In this document: in pieces, positions 25,461 through 36,106 of the stretch
Layout of the letters: the number at the start of each line of letters is the position of its first letter
Position numbering within the stretch: position 1 is the first letter of the stretch
Assembly (NCBI RefSeq): GCF_026210795.1
Contig: NC_089429.1
Coordinates: 744,001-808,000 of the forward strand
Source: Rhizophagus irregularis
Lineage: Eukaryota
Length of the DNA: 64,000 nucleotides
Direction: 5' to 3'
Notes under the pieces: generated by a model
What the model saw: only the letters and a program-made list of their open reading frames with translations
The model's database searches: none
What the model was told of the DNA's origin: nothing
Made by a program: the position numbers and the translations under genes

Positions 25461-26744
25461 TAATTAATTAATAGTATTTTCATAATATTAAAGTTTTTTC
25501 GAAAGTACTTCTAAAAAATTAAACAAAAAAATGAGGGTGAATGGAAAAATAGGGAGAGTAAAAGGGAATAAAAGAAACGAAGGGGGAGTGATGGAAGAAC
25601 GAAATGGAGCAAAGGGGAATAAAAAAATTGAAAGGAACGAAGGGTAGTGTAAAGGCATGAAAAAGACGAAAGGAACGAAGAGGAAATAAAAAACAACGGA
25701 AAAAATGAAGGAAGGGAAGAATAAAATGAGCAAAAGAAATGAAGAGACAAAAAAATGGAGAAGTGACGAAAATGAAGTTAGTAGGGAACGGAAATTACAT
25801 GTAATAAATAAACAAAAACAAGAAAATAAAAAACATACCTTAGTAGTTACAAAGAAGAACCGAAAGACCTAAAAAGAATGAAATACAAAATGTAAGAAAC
25901 GAAATCTTAAGAATGGAATAAAAAATAACTGATAAGAAGAAACGGCCATATAGTGCTGGTCATATCTTAATTGCAAAATCGAAAGAACCAAAGGACCTAA
26001 AAAACGAAATAAAGTTAGTAGGAAACAAAATGCAAGAAGCAAAAATGAAAAAAAAGCCGTGCAAAGGAGTGAAAGAACCTAAAGGAAAAAAGATTATCCG
26101 AATACGTTTTAAAAAAAATGAACAATGTAAGGCTGGGGTCCAATAACCTTACGTGAATATCCTTTTATTAAATGAAATAATTAATATTCATAATAAAAAT
26201 GAATAAAAGTAATAAAATAAAAATAGAATTCATCTAATAAATGAATATTTTCCATGAAATTCAATTAAATAAATGATTTTCATGAAATCAACTAAAAATA
26301 ATATTAAAAATAAAATACGATAATTTCTCCTTCCGTTTTTATAAAATAAAATTATTTCCCATAAAAATTCACCAAAACCCATTTTCAAAATTATTTCATT
26401 AATTATTTCCCAAAAATCCAAATAAACTTGGTACCTTCCGACTAACAGAACCTATAAAGGTTCAAGCGGTTCACCCTAAACTACTAAGAAAGTTATTTGA
26501 AATCTAAAATTTTAAGGTTGAAGATTATGTCAAAGTGGTCAAACTTCACTTTGTTATATATTCCTTTTTGTAAAAATCTTTAACTTCTGCCAACGTAATT
26601 CTAAGTAATTATTCCATAAATGTGTTTTTCATATCACTCAAAATTAAACCAATAAAATTAATTATTTCCCAAAATTATATAAAAATAAAATTAAAAATTG
26701 AACTATGTAACGAAACGTTACATATGAGTCATTTTAGTCTCATG

Positions 26745-27690
26745 ACCTACTGAAGGTAATTATTTTAATAATTATTTGCCATTTAATATTTTCGTTTCTA
26801 TTTTTAATAATATCATCTTTTCTAATTTGTGAAATAACAAAAGAACAAGAAGGTAATATAAAATTGATTTTTTTTTGCTTTATTTATAAAATCTTTAATA
26901 ATTACTTACTATTATAAGGAATACTAAAATCATATGGTTTACTATGATATGCTATTAATAAATATGATTTTTTTTATTAAAGTTAAATTAAATATTTACA
27001 TCGCTTACTAATAAATGTTTTTATTTTTAGTTGATGATTTTGGCAAATCAAGTAATTGGAATACATCAAAAATAAGTAGTATTATCAAAGGTAATTTATT
27101 ATTAATTTTAAAAAAGAATAAAATGAATATTATATAAAAATTTACTAATTGATATTTTAAATTTTAGATATTAGCGAAAAATTATCCAAAGTATTTAAAA
27201 AATTGCGGATAAGTTCAAAGTAAAAATTTAATAAATTAATTCTAATTTAATTTAATAATAAAATAACATTTTATTAAATTTGATTTGTTTTAATAATTTT
27301 AATAATCACAGATAATCAAAATGATTATAATAAAAAAACAGTGCTAACACAAAATGTCAATAATGAAGGTAAGCAAAACATTTTTTGGGCACCTTTTTTA
27401 GATAATAAATTAATAGATGAAGATGAAGTATATAATAATCCAAAGCTTCATTCAAAGGAACAAGATGAATTTGAAATTCCTGATGGTTCGTCTATTCTTT
27501 AATATTATTAATAATATAATAAAATAATAAAATTTTTTTATTTATTAATTTATTTATTTTTTTTTAGACGGATTTTAAACTATTTTTACAAATTTTATTG
27601 ATAGGAATATCGATCAATTATTATTTTATTTGGAATTATTTAAACACTAAGATTATTAGAGTATTGGGTAGTTTCTTAATTTGTAATTTA
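26745..27690 (+). pseudogene. Orphan multi-exon C-terminal tail of a Glomeromycotina-type kinase gene
   Basis: Short GT-AG-bounded exons encoding EEQE, DDFGKSSNWNTSKISSIIK, ISEKLSKVFKKL, DEDEVYNNPKLHSKEQDEFEIPD and DGF*. No kinase domain is visible upstream. Confidence 0.65.
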
Positions 27691-27718
27691 AATAATTCTT
27701 TTCATATATATATATATA

Positions 27719-27869
27719 TGTTGTAGGTGGAAACGGAATCTATGTGGATTCCGAATCCACATATGTGGATACGGGATTTTGGTCAGAATTAAAGCATAGT
27801 ACCGGACTAGGATTTCGTAATGCTGGCCAAGATCCGATTTCCGCCGGTATTCAGAAACCATATACAACA
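27719..27869. mobile_element. Small TIR element inserted in a (TA)n tract
   Basis: Ends TGTTGTA...TACAACA, flanked on both sides by TA repeats; interior richer in GC with GGATTCCGAATCC palindrome. Confidence 0.55.
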
Positions 27870-29160
27870 TATATATTAGAACTTATTCATTTATTAAATA
27901 AAAATATTTACAAATTTATTATATATATTATATACTACAAAATATATTAATTTTAAGTATTAATATGCTAATTACTTTAATTAAATACGATCATGAATCA
28001 TCAAAACCGAAGATCTTATGGTTCAGATCACGGTAACGGAGGTATCAGTAACAAGAATAATGGCGTAAGTTCAAACTTGAGTAGTGGTAATAATGAAAAG
28101 ATAACATCGCTACGATATCCTCCAAGGCGACAAGGTGATGTGGAAGGTGAGAGGAAAAATGAAAGTGTTAGCGGTGGTGATAAATATTGATCCCGGTATT
28201 AAGTACTCGCGAAAAGAAGATGAGCGGTATTTCATAATTTCGGATATCATAATGGACTTCAACCGCAAAGCAACTTTTACGCAACAGTTTTCTCTCAATG
28301 AAATTCAGGTTTTACCTTGAACTCTTGAACTTTTGATCGTGGATTAAAAACGTTTGAAAGATTATCCTTTCGTACAGTCAGTAATTTATTATTTAGACAA
28401 TTTAAAACTCAAAACCTCAAGACCGCATACGAATTTAACAAAAATACATACATGGCAGCAGCGGGGTGACAACGCGTAGGAATTTGATAGGAGGGGTGGG
28501 GTTATTTTTTTTAATTATTCTTTGACAAAATATTTACTAAAGTTTCATTTTTTCAGTTCTCTTTTTTAGGTGGTTTATTCAGTGTCCTTATACGGGGTGT
28601 ATTTTTTAATCACTTTATTTATTTTAGCAAAACAGTAACTAATGAATTTTTATTCTTTTTAGGCAATTTTTCAGAATCACTTGACGTGTGGATTTTGTGA
28701 GAAAGGCTGTATTTATTCATTCAATGAAACATTATACTATCGTTTTGACTTTTCTCTTTTTGATTAGAAAAGTATTTTGAGCATAATGTTTTGGAATACT
28801 TATGACCACATAAATATACAATACTAAGCGTACATGTATGTGCTGATGTTCACTAAACTTCTTTTATTAAAATAATGCATCGTTAACTTTTTTTTTCATT
28901 CTTTAAGATCAAATGTCTCTTATTTTTTTTTGGCGCAATTTGTGAATGAATATTTTATTGTTTTTTTCAACGAAAAATTCTTCTTGTAGTACAGTGTGAT
29001 CGTTCAATAACACAGCCATAGCTTAATTTATTAAGTATTCGCTAGAAAAAAATTTTCCAAATACATGATTATTTTCTACTAATTTAATAAAATATTTAAT
29101 GATACTGTACATTTTAATTGACTCAAAGAAAATAACAATGATATTCAAATGAATATTATA

Positions 29161-29432
29161 GGTTACGGTACATTTCGCCGAAATTGATTGTACCGAAACC
29201 CATTTCGCTGAAACCATTTCACTGAAGAGATGTTTCACAGAAGAAATGTTTCGCTGAAAGGACGTTTCACTGAAAGTGTATTTTATCGAATCCATTTCGG
29301 CGAATCGTCCATTTCGCTGAATTCGAATGAATATTTTGCCAAAAATGGTAGCGATTAACATTTTTAAAAAAATATTCATCGCGCAATAAAAATTATTTTG
29401 ATCTTTTTTTTCAGGATATTATCACTTTAACA
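29161..29432 (+). mobile_element. Left end of Mutator-like element with TTTC(A/G)C(C/T)GAA tandem repeats
   Basis: Colinear with 39526-39833 from GGTTACG(G)TACATTTCGCCGAAAT to CAGGATATTATCACTTTAACAT. Confidence 0.7.
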
Positions 29433-29843
29433 TAGAGGTTGGATCCGTAGAAAGTATCCGCAAATTTTAATTATATACAAAAAATACGAATACCGTAAGT
29501 TTTCGAAAATAAATGATGTAATTAAATTCTAGGAATTATAATATACGTTGACATTTGCAATTCGTGGTATAAAACCTTTTCAAGTTAATATTACTGGTCA
29601 CTAAGAAAAAGGATTGGTGGTTAATTTTAATACCTTAATTATTATTATATTTTTTTGTGCTCTCATAAGTACTTATATTAAGGTTTTGAATTTATTAAAA
29701 TTTAATTATTATCATTATTATTATTTATAGTGACAATTGAAATTATTTAATGATTTATACTTGTGAAAATGAAAATTTTTCATTTACACGTGATTGTTGA
29801 CTAAAAATTGAAAAATTTCGATATTCTGATTTTTTGAGTATTA

Positions 29844-30073
29844 CATCAGGAAATGTCGGTTCACATAATTCCACATAGGTTTGTATCGGGAACATGTGGA
29901 ATTTCATATATCCTACATTGAATTTTGTGGAATTTGTGGATCTACGCCGAAAATACCACGCGTTTCACTTTTTTGTCACAGGGGTATTTGGAAAATATTA
30001 GAACTATTCAGATTTCCACATATTTCCGATGTGGATTTCCATGTGGATACTAGGTGAAAAAAATTTCCTGATG
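29844..30073. mobile_element. MITE with CATCAGGAAAT termini and CCACA/TGTGG repeats
   Basis: CATCAGGAAAT ... ATTTCCTGATG. Related ends at ~17405/17945 and ~22045. Confidence 0.6.
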
Positions 30074-30754
30074 GGATTGTCCTAATCTTATCGAGCTTTT
30101 TTTTTTTAAAAAAAAAAAGAAAATAACATTTAATATGGAAACATAGCACCATTTAAACACTCCAATTCCAATAAATCCATTAATTTTCGTTTAAAATAAA
30201 TACATTTATGGAAAGAATCACTAAGGAGTATGTTTATTACGATAGTTCGCCTTTTGCAGATAAGATTTTATTAAGATCAAGATTTAATTTTTATTAGGGT
30301 TATCATAATCATGTGAATAATCAGCGCATCTGAATAATCGACAACTCGATGAGTCTTACAATAACATTGCTAATATGAATATTCCCACGATAGGTACAAC
30401 AGGCAGATAAATCAAATTCTATTTTCAGAATCCAATTTCTATATGTTTTAAAAAGGCGACTGTGCATTAGGTATTATAGAAAGCAATTATTGCTCAGCAC
30501 TATCATATGAATACAATTTAAAGTTATCGTGTGTAGCATGAAATAAGGAGAAAACAATAAATTAGTAAGAAAATTTTTTTATTACGAACTGTAATAACAG
30601 TTAGGTGTTTAAAATTTTATTTCCATAAACAAAATAAAAAAATGAAAGGGGTAATCGATATATCAAGTACAGAATTAAATGAATTAAACCAATTGGATAA
30701 CTTACCGCAGTAATATCTTTTCAACTTGGGCTTAGAACGGATTGGAAAGCAAGA

Positions 30755-31200
30755 AAGGTGTTTTTATTAATTGACTTTAAAGAAACATTTATAACGTTTT
30801 ATTGCTTGTTTTTTTTTCAAGGGACTCCATATTATTTATATAACTAAGATTAGGAAACATGTCAATTTTTTTTTTTATTTATTTGACTTTAAAAAAACGT
30901 TTTAACGTTTCGTTTCTTTTTTATTCTAGGGACGCAAAGTTTCTTGTACAAACCGTACTTTTAAAGGTAAATTATGAAGGAGAGGCGTGTGTTTATTTAT
31001 TTATTTTATTTATTTGAATTTATAGGACCATTTCTAACGTTTCATTTCTTGTTCTTTCTAGGAATGCCAGATTTTTGTGCAAGTTAGACTTTAAAGATAA
31101 TTAGAAAGGGAAGGTGTATTTGGTATTTTTTTTTTTTTAATTGATTAAAAAATGTTTTTTACGTTTCATTTCTTGTTTTTATTTCTAGGGATGCAACTTG
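30755..31200 (+). repeat. Degenerate tandem array (~4 units of ~110-140 bp), each shaped like intron + micro-exon
   Basis: Repeating T(A/T)ACGTTT...pyrimidine tract...(T/A)AG|G(G/A)A, with GT/GC donors after AAG/GAG. Confidence 0.6.
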
Positions 31201-32270
31201 GACAAGCAATTGGATAAATGAAGACTTATTCAGGTCTTAGGTTTTATTAATTCATCTATTCAATTTATTAATTTTGTAAAAGAAATGTATTATCTTCTAA
31301 TTAGGATAATTGGGTGTTAGGATAGAAAAAAATTTTTTAATTGTCGTCATTATCTTATATCGTCATTATCTTATAGAAAAATAAAAATTAATCTATTGTG
31401 TAATCGAGTATTTGTTGCCAAAGTTATTTATCATGGTTATCATCGTCCAAGAAAAATAAGAGTACCTTGGTCGTACTTTCGTGAGTTGATCGTTGCTTTT
31501 ACCAACTAATTCCGTGTTCTAATACTTACGTATATCTAAATGCATTTATTCATCGACTTATCTGTAAAACAGCAGTCACAATGATATTCATTTTCTGGTA
31601 TCAACGTTTATATGTGTTTTCTCAGTTGTATTGTTTCTATCGATGATTAATGTCCGAAGACTCTATATTATAACAGGTTGACAATCGCTAAATTTCACGC
31701 CTTTGATGTTCGTTACTTGATAAGCGTTCGATTATTATCCTGGAAATATCCTTTATTTCATGATGCCAAAAAGGCGAAAGATTCATTTGTTGCTCTTCAG
31801 TTTTCGGGTGACGATATTTATATTTTATAAATGTGACGAATAAATTTATCTGGCCAACAAGATACATTAATAATTACTACTTGAAAATTCGAAAAATTCG
31901 AAATAACAATATTATAATTTATAACTCAACATTAATTATATTTATTTGAAATTTTCAGGATATGATACGTACAATAATTCATTATTTATCCAATAAAATA
32001 GAATTTTTAATTAATAGATAAATAAAATAAAAAAGCTTACTTAACTTTTCAAAGTCGACACAGTCGACAAATGATGTTGCGTCAATTATATTATTCATCG
32101 TAATATGAAGTTGGCCTCACAAATTATTTTTTTTCGGGATTTCATCGTCTTTTTTGGTTAATTTCTTACTTAGAAGATACTTGCATTAAGAATAATATTT
32201 CTTTTTTATTATATATTATTCGAAAATCATTATTCGATAAAAGAGTATATTCTTGCATGTTCTTGCATCC

Positions 32271-32449
32271 TCCGTAAAAAAAGTCAATCCGTTTTTTATA
32301 TTCCATCTTTTTTCCGTAAAAGGCTCATATTTCCGGAATGAATAACCTTATATCGCGGAATTTATCGAATTATTTTCCGTGAATGGATCCATGAAAGGCT
32401 CATTTTTACGGAGTTTTTACAGAAATCACGGATAAAATTTTTTATAGGG
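32271..32449 (-). mobile_element. Second copy of the 16684 MITE
   Basis: The reverse complement matches 16684-16873 (GGATAAAATTTTTTATAGGG end, AAAAGGCTCATATTTCCGGAAT interior). Confidence 0.85.
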
Positions 32450-33214
32450 TATATCAAAATATTGTATCTTATAAATGCCGTTAACTCATCTGTAATGTTA
32501 TATGTGTGTTATGATCAGCTTCTCGGTAATTACAATAAACATGGATATTGTGATATCATACGGTCACCTTGACTCAATTTTCATAATGATAATATTCGCG
32601 AGGATTTATTCTAAGAGAAGCGATATGTACTGTATATTGAAAAATTTGTTATAATGTTAATTTTCATAAATATGCAAGAAATTGGTTTGTTCGTTAAAAA
32701 ATATGATACTTTGAGTTTAAGTTGTTATGGTATTTAAAAGTTTCGGGATATGTGGGTGGATATGTGATTTTTTTTAATGAGCCACGTAGGTCACGTGAGA
32801 AGTGTGGCATATTTAGCACGAAATGAAAATATATAATACTGTAATGAAAAGAAAGTGAGATAAGATATTATAGTAAAAATCAATCGTATAGAATAAAATT
32901 GTGGATCATATTTAATATTTAAATCCGCCTTGCCTTCTTTATGATCACGTGACTTTATTAAGTATTTAGATCGAAATGTATCGAAATACTTACGATCATT
33001 TAAATTTATGAAAGTTTACTTATTAAAAATGTCGAAGCAAAAAATAAAAAAGGTGAAGATTTTATTCTACTTACCACAAGAATAAGTCCAATATTAGAAG
33101 TTCTAAATACTTAATATACATAATATTATAGTACTAATTATATCAAGAATAATAAATATTATGAATAAATTAATGAATAATAAATTTAAATTAAATTAAA
33201 ATTAAATTATAATT

Positions 33215-34348
33215 TTATGAAGCCATATAAAAATATTTGTTAACAATATCAGACTCTCTCGAATGAGAATATTTGAGATTTGAATCATTATCATTTTCGT
33301 TAACTGGTAACATATCAAGAACCACTTCTTTCGTTTCAGTAATTATTATCTTATTATTAAGATCAACCCCTTTGATCATTTCCAAATCACCCTCTTTAGT
33401 CATCTCCAAATAACCTTCTTTAGTCATTTCCAAGTCACCTTCTTTGATCATTTCTAATATAGGATTATCATCAATAGTAATAGTAGCATCGGAAAAGTCG
33501 GTAGCGTCGGAAGTAACAGTAGTAATAGTAGCATCGGAGGCATCAGAATATTGACGAATTAAATGAATTTCCGTCATTTGAGAACCATGTAGAATTTCCT
33601 TTGGTTGTATACATTTATTTGATGGAAGAGAGGAAACAGGACTTGTAGTGGTATTAGCCAAAATATCAGCTTTTTCATCGTCATAAATAGTATCGGAAGG
33701 GGAAATTATTGATGATAATATTTGACTAAAGTTAACTTTAGATTTTTTTTTACTTCGTCTAATACTACTACTAAAATTATTTGATTTTTTATTATTTTTT
33801 TCAGATAGAATCAAAGAGTTAATATCGTTTTTAACTTTACCACTTTTAGCATATACAAAATAATTTCTATTTCCCTTTGATATAGTTGAAACAGGAGATT
33901 CGGAAGATTTAAGTTCAGGTTCATTTTCATTTTCATTTTCTTTTTCATTTTCATGTACAGGATCAAGTTGAGAAATTATTATTTTATCCGAAGGATAAAC
34001 GGAAGACTTATTATCATCATAACTACTAGCATCCGAAGGATAAATAGAGGACTTATTATCACTATAACTACTAGCATAATTATTTGTATAATAATCTAAT
34101 GAAAATATTCCTTCATCAGTATTTGTTGGGTGAGAGATGCTTGTAGAGTGATTAAGATTTTTTGTAAGTGATTTTATTTTTTTTAATTTTCTACGATACA
34201 TGTATAATATTGCTCCTATTATAGTTATAAAAACAAATACTGAAATAATTATTGAGAAGTGTATTTTCATATATTCGGTACTTTCGGAGGGTAAATTAGT
34301 AGTATATTGTTGGTTGACATCACCATAGTCTCTTCGTAATAAATTCAT
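33215..34348 (-). CDS. Single-pass membrane protein with Ser/Thr-rich disordered tail, 377 aa
   Basis: One hydrophobic stretch (IHFSIIISVFVFITIIGAILYMY) followed by RRKLKK; low-complexity tail with a 4x 8-aa repeat LEM(I/T)KEG(D/Y). Confidence 0.7.
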   Translation of the reverse strand: MNLLRRDYGDVNQQYTTNLPSESTEYMKIHFSIIISVFVFITIIGAILYMYRRKLKKIKSLTKNLNHSTSISHPTNTDEGIFSLDYYTNNYASSYSDNKSSIYPSDASSYDDNKSSVYPSDKIIISQLDPVHENEKENENENEPELKSSESPVSTISKGNRNYFVYAKSGKVKNDINSLILSEKNNKKSNNFSSSIRRSKKKSKVNFSQILSSIISPSDTIYDDEKADILANTTTSPVSSLPSNKCIQPKEILHGSQMTEIHLIRQYSDASDATITTVTSDATDFSDATITIDDNPILEMIKEGDLEMTKEGYLEMTKEGDLEMIKGVDLNNKIIITETKEVVLDMLPVNENDNDSNLKYSHSRESDIVNKYFYMAS

Positions 34349-36106
34349 TATATTATTATTATTATTATTATTTGTAAATGCACCTCGTAAATCGTAATAC
34401 TAATACTACTATTACTATTATCAATTACCCTTTCAAAGAGTAAATACCATCTTCACGGAAAAGAGGAGAGAAAGAAAAGTTTTTTAAGAATCAAAAATGA
34501 TAATAATGTACGTTAAAGAATAAAATGAATGTAATATAACGATTATAATTCATAACAAACTTTTATATTTCATTAAAGGAAGAAAAGTGGGAATCTATAT
34601 ATACGTATGAGTGATTTTTTTTTCTTTTATAATTCTTTTATAGAATAAGAAAAATTAATTTCATTCTCCTTATTTTTATTTCATTAATATAAAATTTGAT
34701 AAACAAGCTTATAAGATTTTCTTGATTTACATAAATTACATCAATTCTTTTCATTGAAGATTAACAGATCGATGTGATCATCAAGTTACATGAAATAATT
34801 TTAAAAAAATGACATGATAATCATATGTTAAGGAATGTGAAATATACATAATTAAAATTCCAAGTATCGCAAATAAATTCTTTTTTTTTTATAATATAAA
34901 TATTATTCTGACAAAAATTTTAACTTTTTTTTTCGTTATTATTATTATTATTGTTTTTGTTTTTGTTTTTTCTTCTTCTTCTTCCATGCATCACATTATT
35001 AGTTACATAAAAATTTGTTACACGAAAATCAAAAGTATTTAAAACGTTCTAATTTCTTATATTCTCATTCTAAAAATTAAAAATAAAAAATAAAATTATT
35101 GAAAAAGTTATCACATTTTCAGTATACTTGTTTTAGATATATAATTTCACGAGCATCCAATTAGTGAAAGAAAAGTAAGAAAAGTTCATTTTAAAAATTT
35201 CTAATTGATCAGCCAAAATTCTTGAATCACTGTAGATACATACTGTACTTGTTGTACGCCCGTTTACATACATGGTTAAAACTCCAATAGGACTTATTTC
35301 ATGACTATCATTAACTATATGATCATATGATCATTGAAACTGCACGTGAAAAATAAAAAAAAATGTGGCAAAAAAATAATTAAAAATTTCCCTTATTTTT
35401 TTATTTTTTTTTTTTCATTTAAAAAACTGTTACATCGAATAATTATTTGTATTACCATTAAATAATAAACGAATAATAGAAAAACTTTTTTCAAAATATA
35501 TCGGATAAGGTCCGAAATAACTTTTCAAAGCCATAATTTTTTTTTTTTGTATGTTCGGAATTCCAAAAATGGTTACAAGCTCGTATGCTCGTATGATTGT
35601 TTTTTTGTTTTTTTTTCAAAAGTCGTACAAAGGGCATTCACCAATTACGATCTTTTTGGCTTAATTTGTTATCAATTGACAATTTTTTTTTCTTTATACC
35701 AGATACATTAATATTATGTAGACAAAGAGACAAAGAAATAAATAAATAATTGTTTTAAATTAATCATACAAATTAGTCAATTACTATATTCTAATAGATA
35801 TATCCATTTTTGATTCTTCGATGCAAAAAAATTAAGGTTACAAAGCAAACAAAGCAAACAAAGCAAAACGATTCTAATCGTACACACAATGTGTTACCGA
35901 TGAATGTGGTTATAAATTACCTTAATTATTCTTAGTTTCAAGAATTTATCATTAGATGCATATCCACATGATCAAATAATGATCTACATGACGAACGGGC
36001 TTTTAAAAATGAGATGATCATCCCCCGGATTTTTTTTTTCCTTCTCTATTCCCTTCTCTTTTATTTCCCCTCCTTCCCCTCCCCCCCTTTTTTTTACTTT
36101 TAAATT

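Noticed and set aside
24704..25750. Phe-rich ORFs at 24704, 25488 and 25511
   Set aside because: Low-complexity T-rich or purine-rich tracts; no credible protein.
32780..32955. TCACGTGA E-box motifs as Pho4/Cbf1-type sites
   Set aside because: The motif recurs in many repeat relics across the window; a regulatory role cannot be supported.
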